From assembly GCA_963707025.1 (NCBI GenBank), contig CAVPOM010000008.1:1-64000 (forward strand): DNA of 64,000 nucleotides. The letters are read 5' to 3'. The notes beneath the pieces are model-generated. The model saw only the letters and a program-made list of their open reading frames with translations, was not told the origin of the DNA and searched no databases. Positions 1 to 8,979 of the stretch are shown here, piece after piece. Position 1 is the stretch's first letter, and each line of letters opens with the position of its first letter. The stretch comes from an uncultured Verrucomicrobiae bacterium. Lineage in GTDB: Bacteria; Verrucomicrobiota; Verrucomicrobiia; Limisphaerales; Palsa-1400. Both the position numbers and the translations under genes were made by a program.

Positions 1-129
1 ACAACGACCAAGTGTCTCGACCAGCTTGGGCAGGTGATTAACGGCTTGCAGGACGCCGAATTAACTGACGCGTTCAACCGCGCTCGTGCTCCGCATCTGT
101 TCGAGTGGTTCGGAGTGAAGCGGTCATAA
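1..129 (+). CDS. 3' end of upstream CDS (possibly the McrB-like ATPase partner of the next gene)
   Basis: Open frame 1 (...ELTDAFNRARAPHLFEWFGVKRS*) ends 12 bp before the ATG at 142. Identity is inferred from context only. Confidence 0.35.
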   Translation, partial: TTTKCLDQLGQVINGLQDAELTDAFNRARAPHLFEWFGVKRS

Positions 130-362
130 CCAGACGTATTTATGGCCCAGGTGTTGCCTTATCCGTGGTCACTGCTCGCGCCGCCTGGCGATAAGGGAAT
201 GTCTTTGAGCTTGGAGCATTGCGAGCGGGCTGAACCTCTCAACGGCGAGAGTCTTACCTTCTTTGAGGTTGCTGACGAGCAGGCATTCGCGATTCGACAT
301 GCCGTCCGCTTTGCCGAAGGTGTGAAATTTAATCCCAAAACCGAAGCAGGTAGAGTCCGGGG

Positions 363-412
363 TGCCAAGGGCGAAGTCGAATGGATGCAAAACGGGCGGT
401 TTAGAATGGGAT
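363..412 (+). repeat. IS21 left inverted repeat
   Basis: tgccaagggcgaagtcgaatGGATGCAAAACGGGCGGTTtagaatgggat matches the reverse complement of 3991-4040. Confidence 0.88.
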
Positions 413-552
413 CTTCTTCCTGTGGATTTTCTTCGGAGGATTCGCTGAAAAATCTTCTTCCTTCTTCTCCCCTTTGATTTTTCTTGCGGCTGGATTTTCT
501 TCCGTTCTTCGGCTCCGTTTTCCGATACTGGTTCCTTTTGATTTTGGAACCG

Positions 553-1152
553 ATGAAGCCGCCGCAACCCCGACGCAAGTGCTTGCACTGCAACGAACTT
601 TTTCTTCCCGATTACCGGGGTGGACAACGCCAGTGCTATTGCCTCAAACCCGACTGCCGCAAGGCCAGAAAACGCGAGCTCATGCGGGCATGGCTGGCCA
701 AGCCGGAGAACGAAAATTACTTCCGGGATGAGGAGAACGCCCAGCGAGCCCGCGACTGGCAGAAGGAGCACCCGGGCTACTGGAAAAACACCGCTCGCTA
801 CCGGTGCCGTACCTTACAAGACGGCTGTTCGCAGCAAGTTCCTGCGCCACAAGAAGTTGCGAAAAATGCTCCCGACTGTACCTTACAAGACCTCTGTTCG
901 ATGCAAGTGCCTCTGTTTGTGGGGCTTATCTCCATGTTCGTCGGCAGTACCTTGCAAGACGACATCGCCACCAGTGCCCGGCGCTTGGTAAGCAAGGGAC
1001 ACGACATTCTGGGCATGGTGCCCGGCATGAACCTTGAAAGATTATTGCATGAAAAAACGTGTCCTCAATCCGGAGCGGCTCCGGAAAGTCCCGCCCCAGT
1101 TCAGCTGGATCGATCACCGGCTGGTGCGGGAAAACTACTTCCTCCGGTGTGA
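553..1152 (+). CDS. IS21-associated accessory protein with N-terminal Zn-finger-like motif
   Basis: CLHC...QCYCLKPDC motif, three TLQD repeats; lies inside the IRs upstream of istA. Confidence 0.7.
   Translation: MKPPQPRRKCLHCNELFLPDYRGGQRQCYCLKPDCRKARKRELMRAWLAKPENENYFRDEENAQRARDWQKEHPGYWKNTARYRCRTLQDGCSQQVPAPQEVAKNAPDCTLQDLCSMQVPLFVGLISMFVGSTLQDDIATSARRLVSKGHDILGMVPGMNLERLLHEKTCPQSGAAPESPAPVQLDRSPAGAGKLLPPV
809..960 (+). repeat. Three copies of GTACCTTRCAAGAC at exact 69-bp spacing
   Basis: Copies start at 809, 878 and 947. Confidence 0.85.
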
Positions 1153-1420
1153 TCACGCGGCTTGGGCGCTCTACCTGTTCCTGACCAGCGTGGCCAACGT
1201 CGAGGGACTGAGCTACTACTCCGACGCCTCGCTGATGCGGCGCTTGAAAATAGATCAGGTGGGTCTTTCGGCCAGCCGCCAGCAATTGGTCCAAGCCGGG
1301 CTGATTGCCTATGAAAAACCTCTTTACCAGGTCCTGAGCTTGGAACCCGTCAGCGGAGACCGGTCGGGCCCGGTCAGCGTGGGGGACATTTTGCGCAAGG
1401 CGCTGGGAGGTGCGGCATGA
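1049..1420 (+). CDS. Winged-helix (replication-initiator-like) accessory protein of IS21 element
   Basis: FSWIDHRLV...ALYLFL...GLSYYS...LVQAGLIAY pattern; ATGA overlap with istA. Confidence 0.7.
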   Translation: MKKRVLNPERLRKVPPQFSWIDHRLVRENYFLRCDHAAWALYLFLTSVANVEGLSYYSDASLMRRLKIDQVGLSASRQQLVQAGLIAYEKPLYQVLSLEPVSGDRSGPVSVGDILRKALGGAA

Positions 1421-2895
1421 TCGATTATCAAACCTATTGCCAGATTCGGCAGTTGTTCACCGAAAAGAAGCTGGGCCTGCGGCAGATCGCCCGCGAACTC
1501 AAACTGGGTTTGAACACCGTCCGCAAATGGGCCGGGCGGGAGAGTTTTAAGCCCGCCGCCATCCCTCAGCGCCCCAGCAAACTTGATCCGTTCAAGGGCA
1601 ACATCGTCCGCCTGTTGGAACAACATGCTTACTCGGCCCAGCAGATTTTCCAGCAACTCAAGGAGCGGGGCTTCCAGGGACGCTACACCATCCTCAAGGA
1701 GTTCGTGCGCCAGGTGCGCCCCAAACCGCGGCCGGCTTTCCTGACGCTCCACTTTGAACCCGGAGAGTGCGCCCAAGTGGACTGGGGATGCGCCGGTTCG
1801 GTCCCGGTGGGATCCACCCAGCGCCGCCTGTCCTTTTTTATCATGGTGCTGGCCTTCAGCCGCAAAATGTATCTGGAGTTCACGCTGGCCGAAACGATGG
1901 AGCATTTTCTGGCCTGCCACCAGCACGCCCTGGAATACTTCGGTGGGGTGGTGTGCCAGGTTTGGGTCGATAACTGCAAGGTCGCCGTCTTGAGCCGGGT
2001 CGGCACCTCGATCACGTTCAACCCGCGTTACTTGGATTTTGCCAACCATCACGGTTTTCAAATCAGAGCCTGTGGCCCATCTCAGCCCCAGGAAAAAGGG
2101 CGCGTCGAGAATGGCGTGGGATATGTCAAAAAGAACTTCCTCAACGGTCTGCAACTCTCGGATTTTCAAGCCGTTAATCCGGCGGCGCGCTATTGGTTGG
2201 ACACGGTGGCCAATATCCGGGTTCACGGTCAGACCCAAAAAACGCCCCAGGAACTCTTCACCCAGGAAAACCTCAAGCCCCTCCATCCGCTGCCTTATGA
2301 GGCGGCCGTCGTAGGCCCCGTCCGGGTCAACAGTCAGTTCCGCATCATCGTTGATGGCAACCGTTATTCGGTCCCCTGCCAGTATGCGTCGAGCCAGCTC
2401 ACCTTGAAACGGTTCGCCGACCGGCTCCTGGTTTATGACCAGGAGAAGCTGGTGGCCGAACATGTGCGCCGTTACGACCGCAACCAGGACTACGAGTTGC
2501 CCGACCATGTGGCGCCCTTGCTCTTGCACCGTAAAAAGGCACGCGAGCAAAAGCTCTACCTGCGCTTTTTGGCCCTGTGCCCCAAGGCCGACGATTACTA
2601 TCAGCAACTGGAACAGCGGCGTCTCAATCCCAAACATCACGTCCAGAAGATCGTCGCCTTGAGCGAGCTTTATGGCGTCGAAGCGGTCGCTCGCGCCATG
2701 GAAGACGCCTTCACCTATCAGGCTTTTTCCTGCGAATACATCGCCAACCTTTTACAGCAACGCCAGCATCCGCCCGAGGAACCCGGCGCGTTGCACCTGA
2801 CTCGGCAACAAGACCTGCTGGAGTTGGATCTGCCCGCGCCAGACCTCTCTCTTTACGACTCCAAGAACCAACCCGACTCTCCACCCAACCCATGA
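1417..2895 (+). CDS. istA: IS21 family transposase IstA
   Basis: N-terminal HTH; DDE motifs AQVDWG, VDN, KGRVE; C-terminal DGNRYSVP. Confidence 0.95.
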   Translation: MIDYQTYCQIRQLFTEKKLGLRQIARELKLGLNTVRKWAGRESFKPAAIPQRPSKLDPFKGNIVRLLEQHAYSAQQIFQQLKERGFQGRYTILKEFVRQVRPKPRPAFLTLHFEPGECAQVDWGCAGSVPVGSTQRRLSFFIMVLAFSRKMYLEFTLAETMEHFLACHQHALEYFGGVVCQVWVDNCKVAVLSRVGTSITFNPRYLDFANHHGFQIRACGPSQPQEKGRVENGVGYVKKNFLNGLQLSDFQAVNPAARYWLDTVANIRVHGQTQKTPQELFTQENLKPLHPLPYEAAVVGPVRVNSQFRIIVDGNRYSVPCQYASSQLTLKRFADRLLVYDQEKLVAEHVRRYDRNQDYELPDHVAPLLLHRKKAREQKLYLRFLALCPKADDYYQQLEQRRLNPKHHVQKIVALSELYGVEAVARAMEDAFTYQAFSCEYIANLLQQRQHPPEEPGALHLTRQQDLLELDLPAPDLSLYDSKNQPDSPPNP

Positions 2896-3634
2896 ACGAC
2901 GATCAACTTGTGACGCATTTGTTTTACCTCAAACTCTCCTATTTTCAGGAGCACCACCAAGCCCTGGCCCAAGAGGCGGCGGAGAAAAACTGGACGCAAC
3001 TGGACTTTCTAAGCCGCCTGGCCGAAGGCGAAGCCCTCCGGCGGAAGGACCGGGCGACCCAGCGCCGCATCCAGGCGGCGCGCTTTCCGGTCATTAAAAC
3101 CCTCGAACAGTTCAACTGGACTTGGCCCAAGAAAATCAATCGAACCCAAGTGCAAAATCTCTTCCGCCTCTCCTTCCTCAAGGCCAAGGCCAATGTCATT
3201 TTCATGGGCGGCGCCGGCCTCGGAAAGAGCCACTTGGCGACCGCGCTGGCCTATGAGGGCTGTCTGGCCGGCCACACGGTGCTGTTCACCACCGCCATCA
3301 ACATCGTCAACACTCTGGCGGCGGCCCAATCCACCCACCGCCTCAAAGCCGAACTCAAGAAATACATGACCCCAGCATAATTTGTATTGACGAGCTTGGA
3401 TATTTGCCGATCAATAAAACCGGCGCCGATTTGCTCTTCCAAGTCTTCAGCCAGCGTTACGAGACCGGTTCGACCATCGTCACGACCAACCAGCCCTATA
3501 AAAACTGGCCCAAAATCTTCAACAACGACAGCACCCTGACCAGCGCCGTGCTGGACCGGCTCCTGCACCACGCCGAAACGGTGATCGTGGAAGGCCGGAG
3601 TTACCGTATGAAGGATCAGATCGAAACACCCTAA
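2892..3634 (+). pseudogene. istB: IS21 helper ATPase IstB, frameshifted
   Basis: Walker A GGAGLGKS. Stop at 3378-3380, with Walker B (CIDELGYLP) and LDRLLHH in another frame. One extra C in the C run at about 3370 restores the frame. Confidence 0.9.
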
Positions 3635-3644
3635 CATCCCGCAC

Positions 3645-3959
3645 TCACGGCTCTTTCGGTGGGCTCATTTGCTTCCGCGCCGCCGGGATCGTCGCTTCGT
3701 AGTCCGCCAAATACTTCTCAATCGAGTGCGCCGTGCCAGTGACTCGAAGCTCGGCGTTCACTCGATCAATTAAAATGGGCGCGTTCCCTGCCAGCCTATC
3801 CCGCGTCTCGCCAGAGGCCAAGTATTTACGACTCTGGTAAAAGAAAACCCACCCGTAGGGTCGTTTGAGCGTGTCCTCTTTGACCACAATAGCCTGATCT
3901 CCCGTGACGATCCTAATCCAGGTCTCGGCCAACTCCAACGCTTGAGCAAACGTGAGCAT
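3645..3959 (-). CDS. YrhB-domain / Imm35-like immunity protein (IS cargo)
   Basis: YGWVFFYQSRKYL...LAGNAPILIDR...TGTAHSIE motif. Confidence 0.75.
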   Translation of the reverse strand: MLTFAQALELAETWIRIVTGDQAIVVKEDTLKRPYGWVFFYQSRKYLASGETRDRLAGNAPILIDRVNAELRVTGTAHSIEKYLADYEATIPAARKQMSPPKEP

Positions 3960-3990
3960 ATAATGTTACCCTTTTAATCATGCAACAACC

Positions 3991-4040
3991 GATCCGTTGT
4001 CAACCGCCCGTTTTGCATCCCGTCCTCGCCGCCGCCCACA
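3991..4040 (-). repeat. IS21 right inverted repeat
   Basis: Ends ...gccgcccaCA, followed by the TSD TCCGGGG. Confidence 0.88.
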
Positions 4041-4998
4041 TCCGGGGTACACTTTCAATACTCCCGTGGCCGCATGACGCTTCGAGCCAGTGGCGGTTCC
4101 ACGCCGCTAAATTTGATTACATCATCCTGATCCAAGGCACACTGCGCCGTTCCAGTGCATGGGAAGATTTGACCGAACACAACAAACCAGAGGTTTCGCT
4201 GCGGGACGCCATAGACTTGTTGAACCGTTACTTCAATGAAGCCATAGCACTGACTCGTGAAAAAGCCTCGTCCGAATATTCAGATTTTGCCGGGCGAACC
4301 ATTGTCAGGGTGGACTGGGCCGCGATTTGGGAACGCTGGAAGAAAGTTAGCACCACTGGTCAACCACGGATGGCTCGGGTCGTTGAAATTGCTCAGGACC
4401 ATCTGGTTTGCATCCGTGACGTGTGCGAGCGCCCACGGCGTATGTTGGTACGCCAGCGCGAACAAGTGCCCGTGGGCCGTGTCCAGGAACTCGACTCCAC
4501 CTGTTTGCGAGACCTGATCCAGCGCCCAGGCCGCACTGTCCTAGAGAAGGCTGGAGCCCGTCAACAAATCGTGGCCATCACTCGCCGCGAAACAGTGGAT
4601 ACGGCCGAGAACCGAGTCATTCGGGATTTTATCGGTCTCTGCCAACATCGTGCGAGTGCATACGTCCGCGAGAACAGTTCAGCCCAAAACCATCCAAGAG
4701 TGAAAATTGTGGCGGACTTGAGATACAATTGTGAACGACTCGAAAAGTGGTCGGCCATATCTGGAGCCAGCCGCATGGTTGGCATCCCGCGTCCCAACTA
4801 CGTGCTCCAAAAAGACCATCGCTATCATCCGTTGTGGGTACAGTATGAGAAGCTACGGAAAGAGGAAACCGCTGTGGACAATATCTGGAAATGGGGGCGA
4901 AGGCTCTGGGCGGAGTTTGTCCGCAGCGTGGTCATTGCGTTTTTAGCAAGTGCCGAAGGCAGAAGCTCTGGCTGGCAACCGGATGGCGAGTTGGTCGC

Positions 4999-5109
4999 GT
5001 ACCACAAGACGCGGCCGGGATGCTGGAGTTGAGTGTTGCGCTTCGAGCAGTAATAAGCGCCCTCTATCCCCAAGTGCAGTTCGTCCTTTAGCCCAAAGAG
5101 CAGTTCGCT
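4999..5109 (-). pseudogene. Short inverted fragment of a GNAT/PIN/PUA(ASCH)-type protein
   Basis: SELLFGLKDELHLGIEGAYYCS...PGRVLWY resembles the PUA-like region of such proteins. Confidence 0.35.
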
Positions 5110-5110
5110 C

Positions 5111-5470
5111 CCCAAGCCTGAGTTCCGACAAGACGGCGGGCAGTTCGTGATGACGCTATGGCGGGACTGGCTGACGGAGGCGCGATTGGATGAATTGGGA
5201 TTGAACGAGCGCCAGCGCAAGGCTGTGATCGAAGTCAAACGAACCAAGACCATCACCAACGCCGAGTATCAAAAGATTACTGGCGCCACCAAGAAGACGG
5301 CGTCGCGGGACTTGGAAGATTTAACACGCAAGCACGTCCTCAAGAAAATCGGTAAGACCGGCCGCGGTACTTTTTACACCATTGCCAATAATGGGGACAA
5401 AAAGGGGACAAAGGGGACATTATTACGTGCGCCAGCCAAAGGGGACAGAAAGGAGACAAACAGGACATGA
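5111..5470 (+). pseudogene. C-terminal fragment of RecG-like/AlbA ATP-binding transcriptional regulator (wHTH)
   Basis: PEFRQDGGQFVMTLWR...LNERQ...ITNAEYQ...TASRDLEDL...GKTGRGTFY; no N-terminus. Confidence 0.7.
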
Positions 5471-5534
5471 ATCCGAAGCCGAAGGAAATGCCTCGGAAAT
5501 GCCTCAATTGCCTCACACCGGAATCAACTGCTTT

Positions 5535-5852
5535 ATGAGCAACGCCACCATTAAACCTTGGGTCGAATCGGTCATCCTGCACCCGGATGTTTTGTCACCA
5601 AATTTTTCAGAGGACATTTTCGCCCTCGATTTGGGGCCACTAGCCGACGGCAACAAAAATGTTCCCGCCGTCTATCGTGACCCGGAGCAATTCTTCCGCG
5701 CCTCTTATCTGACGAGTGGTTTGAATTCGCTGTTGCAAGACGTGCTCTCGCGCCTGTCCGGCGGCGCGGGCAATCGGGTATTGAAACTGGTCACGCCTTT
5801 TGGCGGCGGTAAATCGCACACGCTCGCTGCGGTTTATCACGCCGCGCGCAAC
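5535..5852 (+). pseudogene. N-terminal fragment of DUF499 ATPase (BREX-related defence)
   Basis: KPW...HPDVL...FALDL...YRDPEQFFRASYLT...TPFGGGKSHTL; truncated just after Walker A. Confidence 0.8.
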
Positions 5853-5857
5853 AGTCC

Positions 5858-6184
5858 ATGCGCCCGGAACTATTCGCCCGTATCACGGAAAAACTGGTCT
5901 TCAATCGTCTGTCGTACGACATCCAGCTTGAAATCGCGAAATTGCTGCTCGACAACGAAATCGAATTTTTACGGGACAAGGGCCATGAGCTAACGCCCGA
6001 CAAAAATGTGCTCCCATTTCTGGTTCAACGAGGCTTCCATCCACGGCTTGGCGCCCGCCCGATGCGCGATGCTATTGAACGACTGGTTGGTGAAGCTGTT
6101 GTCGATAACATCTCATTTGGGAAAAAGGCTGCGGGGCTTCTGCTACCGGACTCTACCAAAGCAGCTTTGACAATTAGATCGTAA
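5858..6184 (+). pseudogene. C-terminal D2-small fragment of ClpA/ClpB-like AAA+ protein
   Basis: RPELFARITEKLVFNRL...GFHPRLGARPMRDAIER. Confidence 0.75.
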
Positions 6185-6230
6185 CCCTGTACCACAACGA
6201 CACGATGGTTGGATTCCATTCAGCCGATTA

Positions 6231-7342
6231 TTGAGTTCCGCATAAATAATGGATATATTTCCTGAACTGTGGCATAGTGGGGTTCGTGAGACCCGAAGGC
6301 ACTGCTCGACAACTACAGGCGCGGCGCACCAGGGCGGTGGCGCTTTTGAAAGACGGCCACTCCTATCAGGCGGTGGCCCGAATGGTCCAGTCTTCGTTAA
6401 GCTCGGTGGTCCGCTGGATGCAATCCTTCCGGCGCAAGGGCAAGTCTGGCTTGAAGCCTCGGCCCACGCCCGGCCGTCCGCCGGAAATGAAGGCTCGCCA
6501 GCAGAAAGAGTTGATCGTTCTGCTAAAGGCGGGAGCGCGGGCCGCCGGTTACTCCACCGAAATGTGGACGGCCAGGCGCGTGGCCGAGCAAATCCGCCGA
6601 CACTGGGGAATCCAGTATCATCCGGGGCATGTGTGGAAAGTGCTGGTGGGGTTGGGCTGGAGTTGCCAGAAACCCGAACGGCGGGCCCTGCAACGCGACG
6701 AGAGAAAAATCCGGCAGTGGAAGCAGACCCAATGGCCGCGTATAAAAAAAAGCCCGCGCGTCGCGGGCGCATCTGGTCTTCCTGGATGAGAGCGGGTTTT
6801 TGCTTATTCCACCGGTGCAGCGCACATGGGCCCCCAAAGGCAAAACCCCCGTCTTGCGGCACAGCTACCGGCGGGATCGCCTGTCGGTCATCGGAGGATT
6901 GACCATGTCGCCGAAGCGCCACCGTTTGGGACTGTATTTCCAGATTTATCCCTGGAACGTGACGGCCGTCGAATTGGTGCAGTATTTTACCGAGTTGCTG
7001 CGGCATCTGCGGGGAAAGGTGATCGTGCTGCTGGATGGCTGGGCCGTCCACAAGGACAGAAAAGTGGCCGCGTTTTGCCGCCGCCACCGCCGGTTGCATT
7101 TGGAAAGGTTTCCCGCCTACGCGCCCGAACTGAACCCGGAAGAATACGTCTGGACACAAAGCAAACGAGCCGTCAGCAACACCAGTCCGGAAAACCGCGA
7201 CGCCTTGCTGGACCTGGTGGTCAACGCGCTCTGCGATGTCCAGCAGTCGCAAACCCTTTTGGGCGCCTGTCTGGCCCAAGCCGCTAAATACGGACTGACG
7301 TGGAATGACTAATAGCATATCCATTATTTATGCGGAACTCAA
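6231..7342 (+). mobile_element. IS630 family element
   Basis: Perfect 26-bp IRs (TTGAGTTCCGCATAAATAATGGATAT) and TA TSD at 6229-6230 and 7343-7344. Confidence 0.93.
6277..7312 (+). CDS. IS630 transposase, two ORFs joined at an A8 slippery site (6744-6751)
   Basis: HTH ORF 6277-6789; DDE frame with FLDESG, LLDGW, YAPELNPEE. Confidence 0.88.
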
Positions 7343-7508
7343 TAATTGATCAAACGCTTGCGTAAAAGTGCAAGCAGGCTATGACCTTTCAGCGAGAAAA
7401 TAAATGATCAACACAATCTTTTTCAGCGTCTGATTTCGACTCTGCCGCCACGTCTCATTTTGTGCGCAGTATGCAGTTTACACGTCAACAGATGACATAA
7501 TTCATTTA

Positions 7509-8960
7509 TCACGTAGTGAAGTTTTGAGTCAGTGTGTTGCCGCAACATGAACTCAAATTCCCATAGGTCACGTTCGACTTCTCGTCCGTGATAAACATAT
7601 AATTGACATTCGGACACGCTCCTCCGGTCAGGTCTGATTGAATGCCTTGATTACACAATTGAGGTCCGTTGTTCACGGTGTAAGTGATAGTTCCCGCTCC
7701 CTTGGAAAAATTCGCCGTCGCGCCATTGTCCGACCCCACGACATTAACCTGGAACCCACGTATCGGGAGTTGAAACGCCGCAGGCACCTGCATGGTTTGG
7801 TTGGCATGGAGCAGCCCGCTCCCGCCGCCAAGGATAAAGTCTGCGCTGGTAATATTCCCGCTGGCGTTGGAATTGAGGGCGATAGTAAATATCTGTCCGG
7901 CGGAAATATTATTATTAAAGAGGTTGTTAAACTGGTATGTATAATTCGATTCCTGAAAGGTCTGGTTTGAACTCGCATCCCAGTATTGAATAGAAGTCCA
8001 TACGAAACCCCAACTAATGCCGAATACGTACTGCATCCAAATGGTAGGATTGGCGCCCGCGGGTGTAGGATCGTAAGCGTTGAGCTGGATAGAGAAGCCG
8101 GACGAATCCATTTCCGTTGTCACCTGCACAGAAGCAGTCAGCCCTACAATATTTTGGCAACCGGGTGCGAAGAGCATATAATTGGAACTGCCCGTCAGTT
8201 GACTGAGCGCGGGGATACAAGCGCCATTGCAACAGGAACTTCCGGCCGGGCAAGCATTGCCGCAACTTCCGCAATTATTCGGGTCTGTTTGAAAGCTACT
8301 AACGCAGCTTCCATTGCGACAGCAGCCAGTGGGGCAGACGTTCCCGCACCGTCCGCAATTACTTGGGTCTGTCTGATAATTCGGCGAAACACAAGCTCCC
8401 GCGTGACAGCAACCGGTGGAACAGACGTTCCCGCATTTCCCACAATTGTTTGGGTCGGTCTGGTAATTCGGCGAAACACAAGTTCCTGCGTGACAGCAGC
8501 CGGTGGAGCATTTATGGCCGCAACTCCCGCAATTATTGGGGTCTGTTTGCGAATTAGAGCACGTACCGTTGCAGTAAGAGAAACCCGAGGTGAAGCAAAC
8601 GCACTCGCCATTGACGCACTGGGCAACCGGCGTGCAGGCAGGATTACATAATTTTACGCATTTACCCAACTCACAAACAGAGCCCGTTGGGCATCCGCCA
8701 GGGCACGGCGGCGGGGGGACGATGCAGTTCCCGCCCACCAGCACTGCCGGAGGCTTGCACACCAGCGACGGGACACAGTGCCCATTATCACAAGTTTCTC
8801 CTGTCCCGCATTGACATTCTGATCCATTAAGACACTCAGGACCGCAGGACGTTTGCGCCTCGACGCCGCCTCCCGATTTGAATGAGCCGCCGGAAGACGC
8901 GCGGTAGATGTTCCTCGACACGTAGAGCGAGGCCTCAGCGGAAAACGTCGGTAAATTCAT
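7509..8960 (-). CDS. Cys-rich protein: leader (MNLPTFSAEASLY), EGF-like/STIG1-like repeats, C-terminal beta-rich domain
   Basis: 483-aa ORF, four QTDP(N/S)NCGxCG repeats, no hydrophobic signal peptide. Confidence 0.85.
   Translation of the reverse strand: MNLPTFSAEASLYVSRNIYRASSGGSFKSGGGVEAQTSCGPECLNGSECQCGTGETCDNGHCVPSLVCKPPAVLVGGNCIVPPPPCPGGCPTGSVCELGKCVKLCNPACTPVAQCVNGECVCFTSGFSYCNGTCSNSQTDPNNCGSCGHKCSTGCCHAGTCVSPNYQTDPNNCGKCGNVCSTGCCHAGACVSPNYQTDPSNCGRCGNVCPTGCCRNGSCVSSFQTDPNNCGSCGNACPAGSSCCNGACIPALSQLTGSSNYMLFAPGCQNIVGLTASVQVTTEMDSSGFSIQLNAYDPTPAGANPTIWMQYVFGISWGFVWTSIQYWDASSNQTFQESNYTYQFNNLFNNNISAGQIFTIALNSNASGNITSADFILGGGSGLLHANQTMQVPAAFQLPIRGFQVNVVGSDNGATANFSKGAGTITYTVNNGPQLCNQGIQSDLTGGACPNVNYMFITDEKSNVTYGNLSSCCGNTLTQNFTT
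8220..8560 (-). repeat. Intragenic tandem repeats of about 87 bp (29 aa, STIG1-like)
   Basis: QTDP codons at about 8281, 8365, 8452 and 8539. Confidence 0.85.
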
Positions 8961-8979
8961 AATAACCTTTTTTCAGGCA

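Larger units (their letters stand above)
363..4040 (+). mobile_element. IS21-family element (3678 bp) with two accessory ORFs, istA, istB and a cargo gene
   Basis: TG...CA ends; imperfect 50-bp IRs sharing GGATGCAAAACGGGCGGTT at the same offset; 7-bp TSD TCCGGGG at 356-362 and 4041-4047. Confidence 0.92.
142..5032 (+). pseudogene. DUF2357 / McrC-like nuclease-associated protein, interrupted by IS21 and 3'-truncated
   Basis: Removing 363-4047 rejoins the frame (...AGRVRG|TLSILPWPH...). The downstream part has RVQELDSTCL, RRETVDTAENRV, PRPNYVLQKDHRY motifs typical of DUF2357. It runs into foreign sequence at about 5000. Confidence 0.75.

Noticed and set aside
1324..2640. Long antisense ORFs (also 6143-7324, 28369-29652, 36481-37893, 60732-61910)
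   Set aside because: Shadow frames of well-supported genes in GC-rich DNA, with no motifs.
325..4114. AAATTT direct repeat as the IS21 target duplication
   Set aside because: It is also in frame, but has no IRs. The 363-4040 boundaries have TG/CA ends, matching IRs and a 7-bp TSD.
8220..8560. CRISPR array
   Set aside because: The 87-bp units are in-frame coding repeats without unique spacers; no cas genes.
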